Assembly (NCBI GenBank): GCA_050084515.1
Contig: CM114271.1
Location: forward strand, 7,068,001 to 7,132,000
Direction: 5' to 3'
Length of the DNA: 64,000 nucleotides
Origin: Blasia pusilla
Taxonomy: Eukaryota
Position numbers and translations under genes: made by a program. Within the stretch, counting starts at the first letter, position 1. Each line of letters starts with the position of its first letter. Shown one piece after another: positions 1-10,200 of the stretch. Under the pieces are notes generated by a model. The model was not told the DNA's origin. It saw only the letters and a list, made by a program, of their open reading frames with translations, and did not search any database.

Positions 1-420
1 CAAATGCCTTCTTATGCCAGTCCTCCAATTTGATAGGCAACTGATGGTATATGGCTCGTAAATCCAATGAATTGAAGACCTTTGCATGTCCAATCGCATC
101 AAAGCTCTCCTCACAGGTGGGCATGGCATACCTATCAGATTTCGTCTCCCGATTGATACGTTGGTAATCTCCACACATCCACCTATCAGTCCTGTTGCCA
201 TGCACATCCTTCTTGGTAGGCATGACAGTGGCAGATGCATATTCTCCATGCCACATCTCCACTAGTCTTGCTCCAACCAAGTCCTCGTTCCTACTCTAAA
301 TCATAGCTCTCTCCATGTCACTAAACGTGTAGGGTCGTCGGAAGATCAGCGTGTCACTTGAAAACTCAATGCGGACCCTTCAACTTACCCAAATCATGCA
401 TACTAAATGCAAAACATCTT

Positions 421-788
421 TGTCATGACCATACGAATTATGTCGTAGAGTATAGTGTGCTAGTAGAGGCCATACCTTATGTAGGGCCGTAGTGTCTAGG
501 TAGAGATGCGATTTCATATATAGGCTTGGGGGTTACTCAGTTGAGGGTGACTTTTCTAATAGGGCCCGCTCTTAGGTTGGAGGATATAAGGTGGAGTGCA
601 CTCAAAGAACAGTTAGTTCTTTCAGTTGAGCCTGTTGCGTTGGGAGTTAGCCTTGGTAGTAAGTAGAGCTCTTGGCTATGGTGTTTCCCGCAAGCTTCGA
701 CCTATATTCTCCCATCGTCGAGTGGGTTTGGCTCGATTGTATGTGATTCTATATGTGTTTTATGACAATAGGCCTTTCACGGATTTCA
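421..788 (+). repeat. Repeat A1 of element A (promoter/R/U5 part of the LTR)
   Basis: Colinear without indels with 5447-5814 (constant offset 5026, about 95% identical by eye). TATAA at 585-589; ends in TCA. Confidence 0.93.
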
Positions 789-799
789 CTCAAAGAATT
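789..799 (+). promoter_or_regulatory. Putative self-priming primer-binding site of element A
   Basis: CTCAAAGAATT lies directly after the CA end of A1. It is complementary (one G:U) to AGTTCTTTGAG, 30 nt downstream of the TATA box (5641-5651 in A2; 615-625 in A1, with one mutation). Confidence 0.65.
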
Positions 800-2278
800 G
801 ACGTAGATCCATGGTAGCTTCGATTGTGGATCAGTAGGATATGGTTAGGGCTGATTGTGTACTCAGACGTGGATGTTTGTGGCTTGTGGCCTATGTTGGA
901 GGTGTGAATCTGGTGCGTGGTTGGCTGGAAAAGAAGCGCCTTGCTGAGAGCTTTCCAACGTGCTTTAGATCGCCGGATTTCGTCAAGGGAGTTGGAAGTT
1001 ATCAAGGATTGAAGATTCTAGTTCGTGTTCGACGGTTTTCTGATGTGGAGAGCTTGGAGTGCGGAAGCTCTGTTGAAGTTCATCCAGATTGGGTGAGAGG
1101 TTCCTGTTGCTACTTGTATTGTGATCTCATGTGAAGCTATCTGCTCGAGTGTGTGGAGCGTTGCGAATTTCTGCGTGCATGGCGGGAAGCGGCATTTGTT
1201 GGATTTGCGATTCTTGAGGTGTATGGACAGTAAGTTTGTCTGATTTTTAGCCCGGAGTGCAGAGCTTGGTTGTAGCTGATTTTTTGTGTAGAGATAGCTA
1301 TAGTGATTAATTGAATTCTGGTTGAAAGAGATTCAATTTTCGTTAAGGATTTGTGAAGTAATTGTTGATCGAAATTTTGCGGACTAGTTGAAGGTCTGGC
1401 TATGGTGGATAGCGGATCGGAGGGGCTGGTTGGTTGGTGACTCGTTCATTGTTGGAGACACCTATCCTGTTGGGGGAGCCTTGGTTGGGCCTCACTCCAT
1501 AGCGAAGCATGGCGAAGCGTACCGAAGTGTGGCGATAAGGGCGATAGGGGCATGTCTCCGCGTTTTGAAGCTTCGAGGCAACTTGTGGTAGCTCGGGGCG
1601 AGTGGGCGTGAGAGGCGGAGTAAGGAGCAAGGAGCAAGGAGAAAGCTTGCTTGCTTGGGCGTGAGGCAGTTTTTGCAGGATTTGTGATTTGAGTGTTGCA
1701 TAACTGGTCACCCATCTTTGGGCTATTTTGCCTGGAAGACGCTTAACTGCTGAGTTCTTAACTATGTCAGTGTACACACTGTTGTAGCTCATTTGGTGCT
1801 GTTCGGAGAGGTGTTAGGTGCTTTATGCATCTCAGGTTTTTGGTTGATGGACCTCTAGCGCATTGTACGGTGTAGCCTCTCCATGCATGTGATATTTTCA
1901 GGTGCTGCGAGTTCGACTAGCACGTCATCGACCTGCGACGGAGTAGCTATTGCGTTAGAATTGTGTGGTGGGTTTTGTGGATTCAGGGGGCGCCACGTTT
2001 GGTGGATTGTGTTACCTTGATTTCCATTTGCGATTGGAGGATTGTCGTTGGACTTCATGTGTTTGGATCCCCTCCACGTTGCTTCTTACTTGCGCGCCCA
2101 TTGTTAGGGTTGACGGTGATTTCCAGAGTAGTGTTACTCCTGTGTGCTACCGGTAGTGAGGCTGGAGTGATGACGAGTAGACCGTGGGAGGCTTCTTGTG
2201 GTGATGACAGGTTAGGTTGCCTACACCCATAGCTAGTAGAGCTAGAATAGTATAGCGACATCGACGTCACTTGGTTAC

Positions 2279-3200
2279 TTAGTGGTGGTAATTTGGTGGT
2301 GGTGCGGCATCGGCGTTGGTCATCACGTAACTATCAGGTGGTCTGGTTGGATACCGTGGTGCGGATAGTGGTGGTTTCACACGGAGTGGATTTAGGTATC
2401 GGCTACCTTTTCCACTCCCTACGGTTGATGAAGAGGAGGACGAGAGTGTTCCAAACACCGAGTCTTCTACGTTGTTATCGAGTGTTGCAGCTCCATTGGT
2501 TTGGGACATGGACGGGATATATGGGGCCATGAAGGGCCCACCACGATACTCGCGTGCAGTGGGCACCATTGAGTTTGAGGACTTCATGCAAGAGTTTGAT
2601 ACGTGGTGTGATATGCAGATGTTGCGGAATGCCATGTTGTTTACACCCTTCTTGGCTTGGAAGGGGTTGTTTCAGCACTTGGAGGGACCACCCATGGATG
2701 ATTACCATGAGTGTAGGAAGGACCATGTTGTTGAGATTGAGGCGTGGAGACAATATTGGTGTCCAGGCTATGTGTCTATCACCCATGGTGGTATTGGTAA
2801 TCTTGCTCCTACTATGCCCCCCCGACGTTGACGTTGGTGAATGAGTACGAGCCGGAGTGGGGGTACCGAGTGGAGGTATCGGTGGGGTACAAGTGCCCCA
2901 CAATCGTTCAAATTGTTTGAGAGTTCTTCAAGAGGTTGAAGAAGAACTATCAGGAGTGAAAGAAGAGAAGTTGAGGAATCTTCAAGACTTTGAGCGAAAG
3001 ACTGGTGAGAGTCTTCGTGAGGCAAACACTCGTATGCGACGCTTGATTTCAGTTACCCAAGGTGTGACTGAGGCTCGGGAAATCCAGACAATTTTGGTAT
3101 GGGATCTTGGACAGAGAGTTGCGCCGCAGGGTACATGATGCTACTCTTATGAGTGATGATTCACCTACATTGACCCATGTGTTTGCTCTATCTGAGAGCA
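2279..3200 (+). pseudogene. gag remnant of element A
   Basis: Motifs AVGTIEFEDFMQEFDTWCD, AWKGLFQHLEGPPMDDYHE and LQDFERKTGESLREAN are shared with the gag of elements B, C, D and E. Contains frameshifts and stops. Confidence 0.8.
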
Positions 3201-3465
3201 AACACATGGTATGGCCGAGCAGCGTCGACTTCGGACTATGTCTGTGGGTCTTCACCCCTTGTAATGAGCTCGATGGCTACCGAGATGGTAGAGGCATCGG
3301 CTGGGGGCGAGGAAAGTAGTATTTTGCATCCTTGGAGTAAATGGGATGTAATGGTTGGGCATGTGGAGTTAATTGCTCATGCTGGTAGAGGAGTTATTTG
3401 CTCAGATGATGGTGTAGCTAAGGGTGTACCATCTTGTGGGGGGGTTGCGTAGCAGCCAATGGCAT

Positions 3466-5166
3466 CCGGTGGTACATAGACTTGGAGTTGCCAACCTTGA
3501 TGCTGATGGGTTGAGTAGGAACCCATGTACTAGCCAAGAGGATACAACTGGGGCTGGATGGCATGGCGAGGTTGATGAGGAGATGGTGCCAGGTTGGCAT
3601 GCATCCGCCTTTTTATGTTGGTTAGGGATGGACTCTAGTATGGAGGACCACATGATATCTTACTCTAGTTAGAGGGTAGACGGCCAGCCTTCAGATCCTA
3701 AGGTTGGAGATGGTGGTACGGATCAGCGTGATATTCATGATGATGCATTGGTGTTGGAGTTCCTACGGATCAGTAGGGTGCCAGGCATAGTGAGTGCCAA
3801 GGAGCAAGACCGTGTTCTTCAACGTGCTAAGAGGTATCGATTGGAGGGAATACCTATTCTCCGTGTGTGGGAGGATGGTAGAGTACGAGTAGTGCCGCAT
3901 TTGGCTCAGAGAGAGCGCATTGTGCGACATGCCCATGAGGAGTTGGGACATTTTGGGGTAAAGCGTACGTATAGATTGCTCCTTGGTCAATATTGGTGGC
4001 GTGGCATGCATACTCAGGTGCAACAGTTGGTGTCATGTTGTATGGTTTGTGACCGGGTGAGGGCATCATTCAATGCCTTTACACCACAGTTACACCCCTT
4101 GCCTATTATGGGGTTGGGTTACCGTTGGAGTGTGGACTTTGCGGGACCGTTACCGTTGACTGTATGACATCATCGATATGTGTTGGTGATGGTGGAGCAC
4201 TTCTCCAAGTGGATTGAGTTGGTGGCATTACCTGACAAGGCAAGTGAGGGAACGGCGGATGCGTTTCTTAATAGAGTGCTTAGTCATTTTGGTGCACCAA
4301 CTGAAGTGATGACCGACGAGTGCATGAGTTTGAGGTGAGTTTGGTCTTGTGTGACAAGGCGTTGATTGATCATCGGACCACGTCTCCAGATCATCCAGAG
4401 GCGGATGGTTTGGCTGAGCGTGTGGTTCAGATGGTGAAGAGGGCATTGCGCAAGTATGGCCTACAGAAGGGGCATCTTGGAGACTGGGATATTCAATTGC
4501 CATGGTTAGCCATGGAGTATAGATTCAATCGCCAAGCATCCTTGGCTTCCTTCTCACCTTATTTTTTGTTATACGGCCGAGATCCAGACTTGCCAGCTGC
4601 AATTCCTCGGGATTCTAGTGAGGTGGTGAACCTTGATGACCCAAAGATGTGGATGAGAGTGTGTTTAGAGCGGCGAGCTCTTTCGGAGAGTTCTGCCAAT
4701 AGCCTTTGAGAATCTTGCCATTGCTCAACACAGGGATACGTTGCGGTATGCAACCATTCGGGATGGTGGTTATCGACCATCGATTGGTAGGTTCCATGTG
4801 GGGGACTATGTCTATTTGCAGCAGATTGCACCGACAAGGTTGGATGTGACGGCAGGCCACACTTTTTTACGAGTGCGCGAGGTGTTAGCTTCTGGAGTTC
4901 TCATGTTGGAGGGTCGTGATGGAGTTGTTTGGAAGGACCTTGTGCGTAATTGTGCACCATGTCATTTTCCAAATGTGGATGGTACTGTTGACCCAAGCTT
5001 AGCCATGATACGTGCTAGCTTGAGGTGCATGTTGTGTGGGTCTGTTGGTAACGCAGCCTGTATGTTGGTGTATGATCGGTGTTCTAGGGGTTGGCACATG
5101 ATGTGTTTGACTCCACGTGTGGATGTTGTTCCTACTGGAAGGTGGGTTTGTCCTCGATGTACTTAG
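3466..5166 (+). pseudogene. pol remnant of element A: RNase H C-terminus, integrase (HHCC + DDE core) and C-terminal PHD finger
   Basis: VVHRLGVANLDADGLSR; AHEELGHFG...YWW...CMVC; RWSVDFAGPLP; HPEADGLAERVVQMVKRAL; SPYFLLYGR; PHD CMLC...DRC...WHMMCL...W-CPRC at 5026-5160. Confidence 0.9.
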
Positions 5167-5329
5167 GAGAGGTAGATGACTTGATCTTTGCATGATATGG
5201 ATTACAGATGTGCGACTAACGATGGGGCAACCTAGCACCCGGCCTTCTTATTCGTGCATCGAAGAAGGTGTATAGCATGTAGTAGATGTATAGGGCTACC
5301 TGGGAGTTAGAGGGACCTAACACTTGATT

Positions 5330-5340
5330 AGGGGGCGAGT
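5330..5340 (+). promoter_or_regulatory. Polypurine tract upstream of B1 (element A)
   Basis: AGGGGGCGAG-T lies immediately before TGTGG, the start of repeat B1. Confidence 0.55.
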
Positions 5341-5444
5341 TGTGGTACACTTGTGTTTGTGGATGCTCTCGTCTATGTTATGTATGTATGTGAGTATGGT
5401 ATTTCGGCGATGTATGTTGTATGACGATGTGGATTCGCACGACA
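5341..5444 (+). repeat. Repeat B1 of element A
   Basis: Near-identical to 5817-5924; ends GATTCGCACGACA. Confidence 0.9.
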
Positions 5445-5446
5445 AT

Positions 5447-5814
5447 TGTCATAACCATACGGATTATGTCGTAGAATATAGTGTGCTAGTAGAGGCCATA
5501 CCTTATGTAGGGCCGTAGTGTCTAGGTAGAGATGCGATTTCATACATAGGGTTGGGGGTTACTCAGTTGAGGGTGACTTTTCCAGTAGGTCCCGCTCTTA
5601 GGTTGGAGGATATAAGGTGGAGTGCACTCAAAAAACAGTTAGTTCTTTGAGTTGAGCTTGTTGCGTTGGGAGTTAGCCTTGGTAGTGAGTAGAGCTCTTG
5701 GCTATGGTGTTTCCCGCAAGCTTCGACCTAGATTCTCCCATCGTGGAGTGGGTTTGGCTCGATTGTATGTGATTCTATACGTGTTTTATGATAGTAGGTA
5801 TTTCACGGATATCA
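5447..5814 (+). repeat. Repeat A2 of element A
   Basis: Direct repeat of 421-788. Confidence 0.93.
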
Positions 5815-5816
5815 GT

Positions 5817-5924
5817 TGTGTTACACTTGTGTTTGTGGATGCTCTCGTCTATGTTATGTATGTATGTATGTGAGTATGGCATGTCAGCGATGTATGTTGT
5901 ATGACGATGTGGATTCGCACGACA
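5817..5924 (+). repeat. Repeat B2 (terminal) of element A
   Basis: Direct repeat of 5341-5444, followed by the TSD. Confidence 0.9.
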
Positions 5925-6322
5925 TCTCCTATAACTCCTAAGGAACTAGTGTATCACACGCCGCTATCCTCCTTTCAACTTAGGACCCATATCTGGCTCC
6001 CAAGTCTCCATCGTGACTACGGTAGGACTCTCCGACGCTCATGTCGGTGGTTGCTATGGTGCAACCCCGTCTCGGAAAATAGAATTCTTATCTCCACGTG
6101 TAGTACTCGGAACCACGCTCGATGTTGTGGCTATCATCTCATTGTTTACGTGCAAAACATCCCAAGAAGTCCAAGGGTGTCTCTCCCGATCACCCCTGGT
6201 GTGTCAATCTCCTCAGGTATCGCCATTGCCTCAAACCTTTCAGTAGGCATGGGGCTCACCAACATAACAATTGTGATGTAGTGTATCCTCAAATGACGTT
6301 GCTCAACTACTCCTAAGCTGAA

Positions 6323-7265
6323 AATCCATGTCAAGCAGTTTAGGTCCATCGCCTGACCCAAGACATGATGTCATGATGCCTCTGATAGTGACGGTACTCC
6401 CGTCACTCCTATGGGGAATCCCATGGCTCGCTCTCGCTCATCGGCGTTGGGCTCCACCAACCTCTATACTTGGTCATCCCAAACCAAGCCAAGTCCGGCC
6501 TCCTTGAATGCATAGGAAGCGGGAAAACTCATGATTGTGGGAAAGGCTGCCCGTGGCATACCAATTCGATTGACCACAGTCAACGGCGCTCGATCATTGT
6601 GCCTCATTACCTGTGATTGACGACATGGATCCATAATAGAATCCACCAACCAATCGGAGGGGCGCTCCACTCTCGCATATGCCCTCCACAACACCTCGTT
6701 TGGTACCAAGTTGGTCCACCAAAGATGCAGGCGATGTGCTCGTGAACCCACACTCGCCGCATCCAACCAAATTTCCGGGCCTATCCATAATCGCACTTGA
6801 TGTGCAATTGTCATCACACGGGACCTCAAATCGCCCAAGATCGGTACATTCTCTAGAATGTATGCTGGAGGACAAGACTGATGGCCCTGCAAGTGTCGCA
6901 AGATCCGAATCATCTCCCAAAACAACATGGACCGAGAATTAGCTAATCCGCTATCTTGTCCTGCACTCGACAATCCCTGACATGGCCAACCAGCAATGAC
7001 CAAGTCTATGGTCCCTATCCACTCCAAGTCCTGCGCCCGAACAATGAAATCTCCCTCGGTAGGGAACTCTGGTAACCCTAAATGGCAGACGTAAAAAACA
7101 AGTCGGGAAAACCGAGGCATAATTGCGCCATCAGGTGAAGTGAAGCGTGCCTCGCAATATCGTCAATCTCCACATACAAGTACTGTTGCACGCGCACTCT
7201 AGGCTGCATAACAGCAGTTTACCTAGTGTTGATCCCTCCAAAGAGATCCAACACCCGAATACCCT
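6323..7265 (-). pseudogene. DNMT3-like cytosine-5 DNA methyltransferase domain in pol of element D
   Basis: Motif I VLDLFGGINT; IV DLVIAGWPCQGLS; VI YILENVP; VIII SRAHRLHLWWTN; IX ERERAMGFP; X LGQAMD (ORFs 6464..7120 and 6146..6361). Confidence 0.9.
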
Positions 7266-7599
7266 TCTCCAGGATGCACCACACAATCGGGGTGGTGTCC
7301 AAAGGGGTCAGAGAAGCACTCCTGGCTACATGGGGTTCCTCAGACCCGTCATACTCTAGTGCAAACGTCTTGCTCCATGCGGTTCACACATGCTTAGTGG
7401 CTAAGCATCGAAGCACCTCAATCGAGCCCCAAAGGGGCATCTCTCCCCTGATGCGGCTTCCATGGCACTCCTTTCCATAGAAATGTCAGGAATGGGAGTA
7501 TCCTCTGCATGGACATGTCCCTCGATCAAATCACTAGGCAAAGTGATGGCACTACGAAATGCTCCTAAGGTCGCCATCTCTCCTGACCGTCACTCGATC

Positions 7600-10200
7600 A
7601 CTATACCTGTGAATCGAGCGGGTAATGAGCTAAGGCGCCCATCACATAACTGCCATCTTGGTCTGTAGGACGCTAACTCCTCCCAATAATCCAAGGAAAA
7701 CCCCATCGGGAATAACACTACTTCACCAGCCAAGACGTCGTAGGACTCTACATCAGTCACTATCGCCTTGGCTCGCACCATAGACTCATCTGTAGGATGT
7801 CCTCAGCGAATCCTCATCACGACCTCATGTCGGCTGATATACTGTGTGATACTCGTTCCACCCAAGGATGTCTATATCCGAAATGGAAAACGCTCCACAT
7901 CGGTTCTTATCAAGCCCAATCCTCTGAATGACGCTTTCCCCAAAATCAGGGGTTGCGGCTCCTGAATCCAAGAAGAGGCGTTGCGGACTAAAAGCTCTAC
8001 CTCCAAGACTCACCAACTGGAAGACTTCTCTTTGGTTATCCATCAACACAACACTAGGAGAAGCCAAGGCACGCTCTATCGCACGTGTAGCCGGCATCTC
8101 CGCCATCCTAGCAGCCGAAGTCTGCCATGAATCTGACGTGGACGGCATGAGCATTCGTTCCAAGGGTAGGCCCATCACCTCCTCTGCAATCATCTCTAAA
8201 CATGATGCAGGAACTCCAACTCCACGCTCACATAGAGTAGCGGCCAGTCGAAAAAACCTCGGCGGGCGTACCTCCCAACGTCATAACATTGGAGGCAGAA
8301 AATAAAGGAGCGCGGTACACAAGGGTGGCCGCTCCCAACAACGTGCTTGACACATGCCCCTCCTAAGCATCAGCAATAGGAGTCCTCACACTCGCTTCTC
8401 CCATCGCCCTCCGTGCCTGCACACCAAGAACGTCACCAACTCTCCAAGAACTCAGATCATGACTCATCGATGGGGCCCTCATCCCCTTGGACAACGTGAA
8501 AGACTAAGGAAGCCTGGTGTCTTTCGTGGCTTTCCCTCAATGTGGATCCAACTCTGCGGTTACTCCTCACATCATTTCTACGGCGGCCTCCATCTGGGCA
8601 ACCCCGCACATCAACCAGGATCCTCCATATCTCTCGTTGCTCCATATGATGTCGATGCCACGGATCCGGCATCGAGTAACCTCAATGCCATAGCGGCAAT
8701 CTACTCTTGTATTTTTTGTATCTGAGTAGTCATCCCAGCCTCAAGCTTGGCGTCTCCCTCGAGGCGTCTAGGTGGTGGGACTCTACCTCCTCCACGGGCA
8801 GCTCCACTACCCTGTCGGGAAATTCTAGCTCCTCGTCCCCCAACAGAACCACCTGGTGCACGATCTCTAGACCACACGGACCTGCTACTCGCTCAGGTGC
8901 CCTCTCTAGGCCTCGGACCGAACGTAACTCATGGTATAAATTGAAACATCCGGTGCGTATGTGACCATGCCTCTGACAATAGTCATAGTGATAACCTCTT
9001 GGTGTAGCACCATCTCCTCCGCTATGCTGAGGCACACGTCCATGACCCTGACGAGTGCAATCGCGCTGATGATGGGCTCCACCACATGACCAACAAGTAA
9101 TCATAGGCGGCTGCTGCTGATCCGTATATGAAGGCACAGCTCTCTGTGGCATGGCCTCCCAATATCCTCCCTGAGCTCATGGTGCCACAATCAACCTATC
9201 TCGGAGTCCACGTTGTTGCACAAGTGGTGTAGATAATCGTGATTTCTCTAGCCTTGAACCCACGGTGGCTACGTTCTCCTCCTCCGTGTTGCTCTCAATA
9301 TTCTCGACGGTCCTAAAAACATCTCTCAATGTAGGGGAGGTGTTCATAAGAAGCACCTCCTTCCGCACTCGTGTCCGTAGGGTCCGGTCTAGTATCTCGT
9401 ACCATGACTAGATAGCCAGAGCCTCTATCAACCCCTAAGTGACATTGATCAACCAGCACAAGTGAATGTAAGCCTCACGCAAACTCTCACCCGGGTGCCT
9501 TTGGAAGTCTTGGATGCTCTGTAACTTCTCCATCCGTACCCTTGGTAGCTCGCCCTCAACTCAGCGAAGAACTCAACCATGGGGTTGAACTTGGGACGAA
9601 CCCGACTAGAAGGTGCAACTGCTCCAATGCGAGTGACCCCTCCTAAAACATCACTAGTGGAAGAGGAAGTAGCCTCTCCTGACACCTCCTCCTCATCTGA
9701 GAATGGCTCCGTCCATGACACATAGTGTGGATCATAGTAGAGTCGCCATGCCTCAATCTCTTGGGCATATCTATGCGAGAACTCATGGTAATTGTTCATG
9801 GGCGCCCCCTCTAAATGTTGGAACGTACTGTTCCATGCTTTAAACGAGTTGAACTCTCTAGAGTTCCTAGCCCGTTGTGAGTCACACCAACTCCTAAACT
9901 CCGCAATGAAGTCATGTAGGTCTATAGTGCTTACATCACCCGAAAACCTACGCGGTCCTCTACCCGGTCGTCCATCTCATACGCCCAACTAGTAGGACCA
10001 CTCAATGTGTACAGTGGACCACTAACACCCTCCTCTACACGCTCCCCCTTGTCTAAAGATGACACAGAAGGCGATCGAGGTGATCTCTCAAGTGGAGATC
10101 CTTGAAACATCGCACCACTCCGTGTAAACCCTCCAGAGCTACTCTCTGGTCCACTACCTCGCCTCTTAAAATCCCAAAAGGACGTCGTGATGGCCCTCGT
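7600..10200 (-). pseudogene. gag (two Zn knuckles) and aspartic protease remnants of element D
   Basis: Knuckles CWSCGGAHHQRDC and YCQRHGHIRTGC; protease RLFLDSG and ESYDVLAG. Homologous to 25888-28083. Confidence 0.85.

Larger units (their letters stand above)
421..5924 (+). mobile_element. Ty3/gypsy element 'A' with split terminal repeats (A1-internal-B1-A2-B2); internal deletion removes PR, DNMT and RT
   Basis: Termini are TGTCATG...CACGACA. The 4-bp TSD is TCTT (417-420) / TCTC (5925-5928), and removing the insert restores element D. Contains gag, an RNase H tail, integrase and PHD remnants. Confidence 0.92.

Noticed and set aside
421-5924. Classifying the split-repeat elements as DIRS/PAT/Ngaro
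   Set aside because: They encode a DDE integrase and an aspartic protease, have TSDs, show no tyrosine-recombinase motifs, and their methyltransferase is C5-type rather than the DIRS adenine type.
5341-5924. B-A-B as a chance tandem duplication or assembly error
   Set aside because: The same order recurs in element C with a different A sequence, the repeat copies are diverged from each other, and TSDs bound the whole unit.
6464-7120. Methyltransferase as a host gene or a bacterial restriction-modification contaminant
   Set aside because: It has no introns or independent start, and lies between protease and RT in every retroelement copy where both neighbours are retained.
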